Source: Camelus dromedarius (lineage: Eukaryota). Taken from it: 64,000 nt of DNA. A program made the translations under genes and the position numbers. Below the pieces are notes generated by a model. The model was not told the origin of the DNA. It made no database searches and saw only the letters and a program-made list of their open reading frames with translations. The DNA is taken from NCBI RefSeq assembly GCF_036321535.1, contig NC_087438.1, positions 9,426,001 through 9,490,000 on the forward strand. Reading direction: 5' to 3'. Of this stretch, positions 63,751 through 64,000 are shown one piece after another; position 1 is the stretch's first letter, and every line of letters starts with the position of its first letter.

Positions 63751-64000
63751 ATCTTACCAAAGTTAGAATAAAACAAATCTACTGTTTTGAGATCATACTG
63801 GTAATCAATCAGTCTGGTTATTTGAAGTAAGAAGAGTGTGACAGGCAAACTCTAGAATGGGTTCATTTTAACTGGCATCATAAAAGGCCTAGGAGATAAC
63901 TCCACTTCAAGATTACCAAGGCAAGGTTCTCAGATTGAAGCCCTGAAACTGGTGGAAAGGTGGGGAATTAACAAAGTCATTGCTAAACAGCTTGAATCAA

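Noticed and set aside
1..64000. Prokaryote-style novel system (operon, CRISPR array, retron, defence island)
   Set aside because: The sequence is mammalian non-coding DNA with no long ORFs or repeat-spacer arrays; the RT remnants belong to known dead ERVL, L1 and L2 elements

Overview
Mammalian (eutherian), AT-rich, CpG-depleted non-coding DNA, either intergenic or deep intronic. I find no credible protein-coding exon, RNA gene, CRISPR array or prokaryote-type system. The longer ORFs I could assign are repeat-derived, microsatellite artefacts or decayed retroelement frames; the rest look like chance frames. A large part of the window is ancient interspersed repeat: many MaLR (MLT1) and ERVL LTRs, a decayed and rearranged ERVL pol region, L1, L2, MIR and hAT-Charlie MITEs, often nested. 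No lineage-specific young SINE is visible. The most notable items are: (1) a near full-length LF-SINE-like element at ~37.4-37.9 kb, a family known for exaptation as enhancers and exons; (2) a ~650 bp L1 segment copied locally (40.27-40.91 kb vs 44.67-45.33 kb, ~93% identical by hand count) with the hallmarks of DNA-templated insertion; (3) two inverted ERVL pol arms joined at the same homologous position, with integrase placed upstream of protease-RT; (4) a tiny twin-primed (5'-inverted) L1 with a degenerate TSD; (5) CTCF-like motifs in ERVL LTRs and several repeat-free candidate enhancers. Repeat family names come from my recollection of consensus sequences, and boundaries are approximate. 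Both need RepeatMasker/Dfam confirmation. I cannot support a new biological system here.
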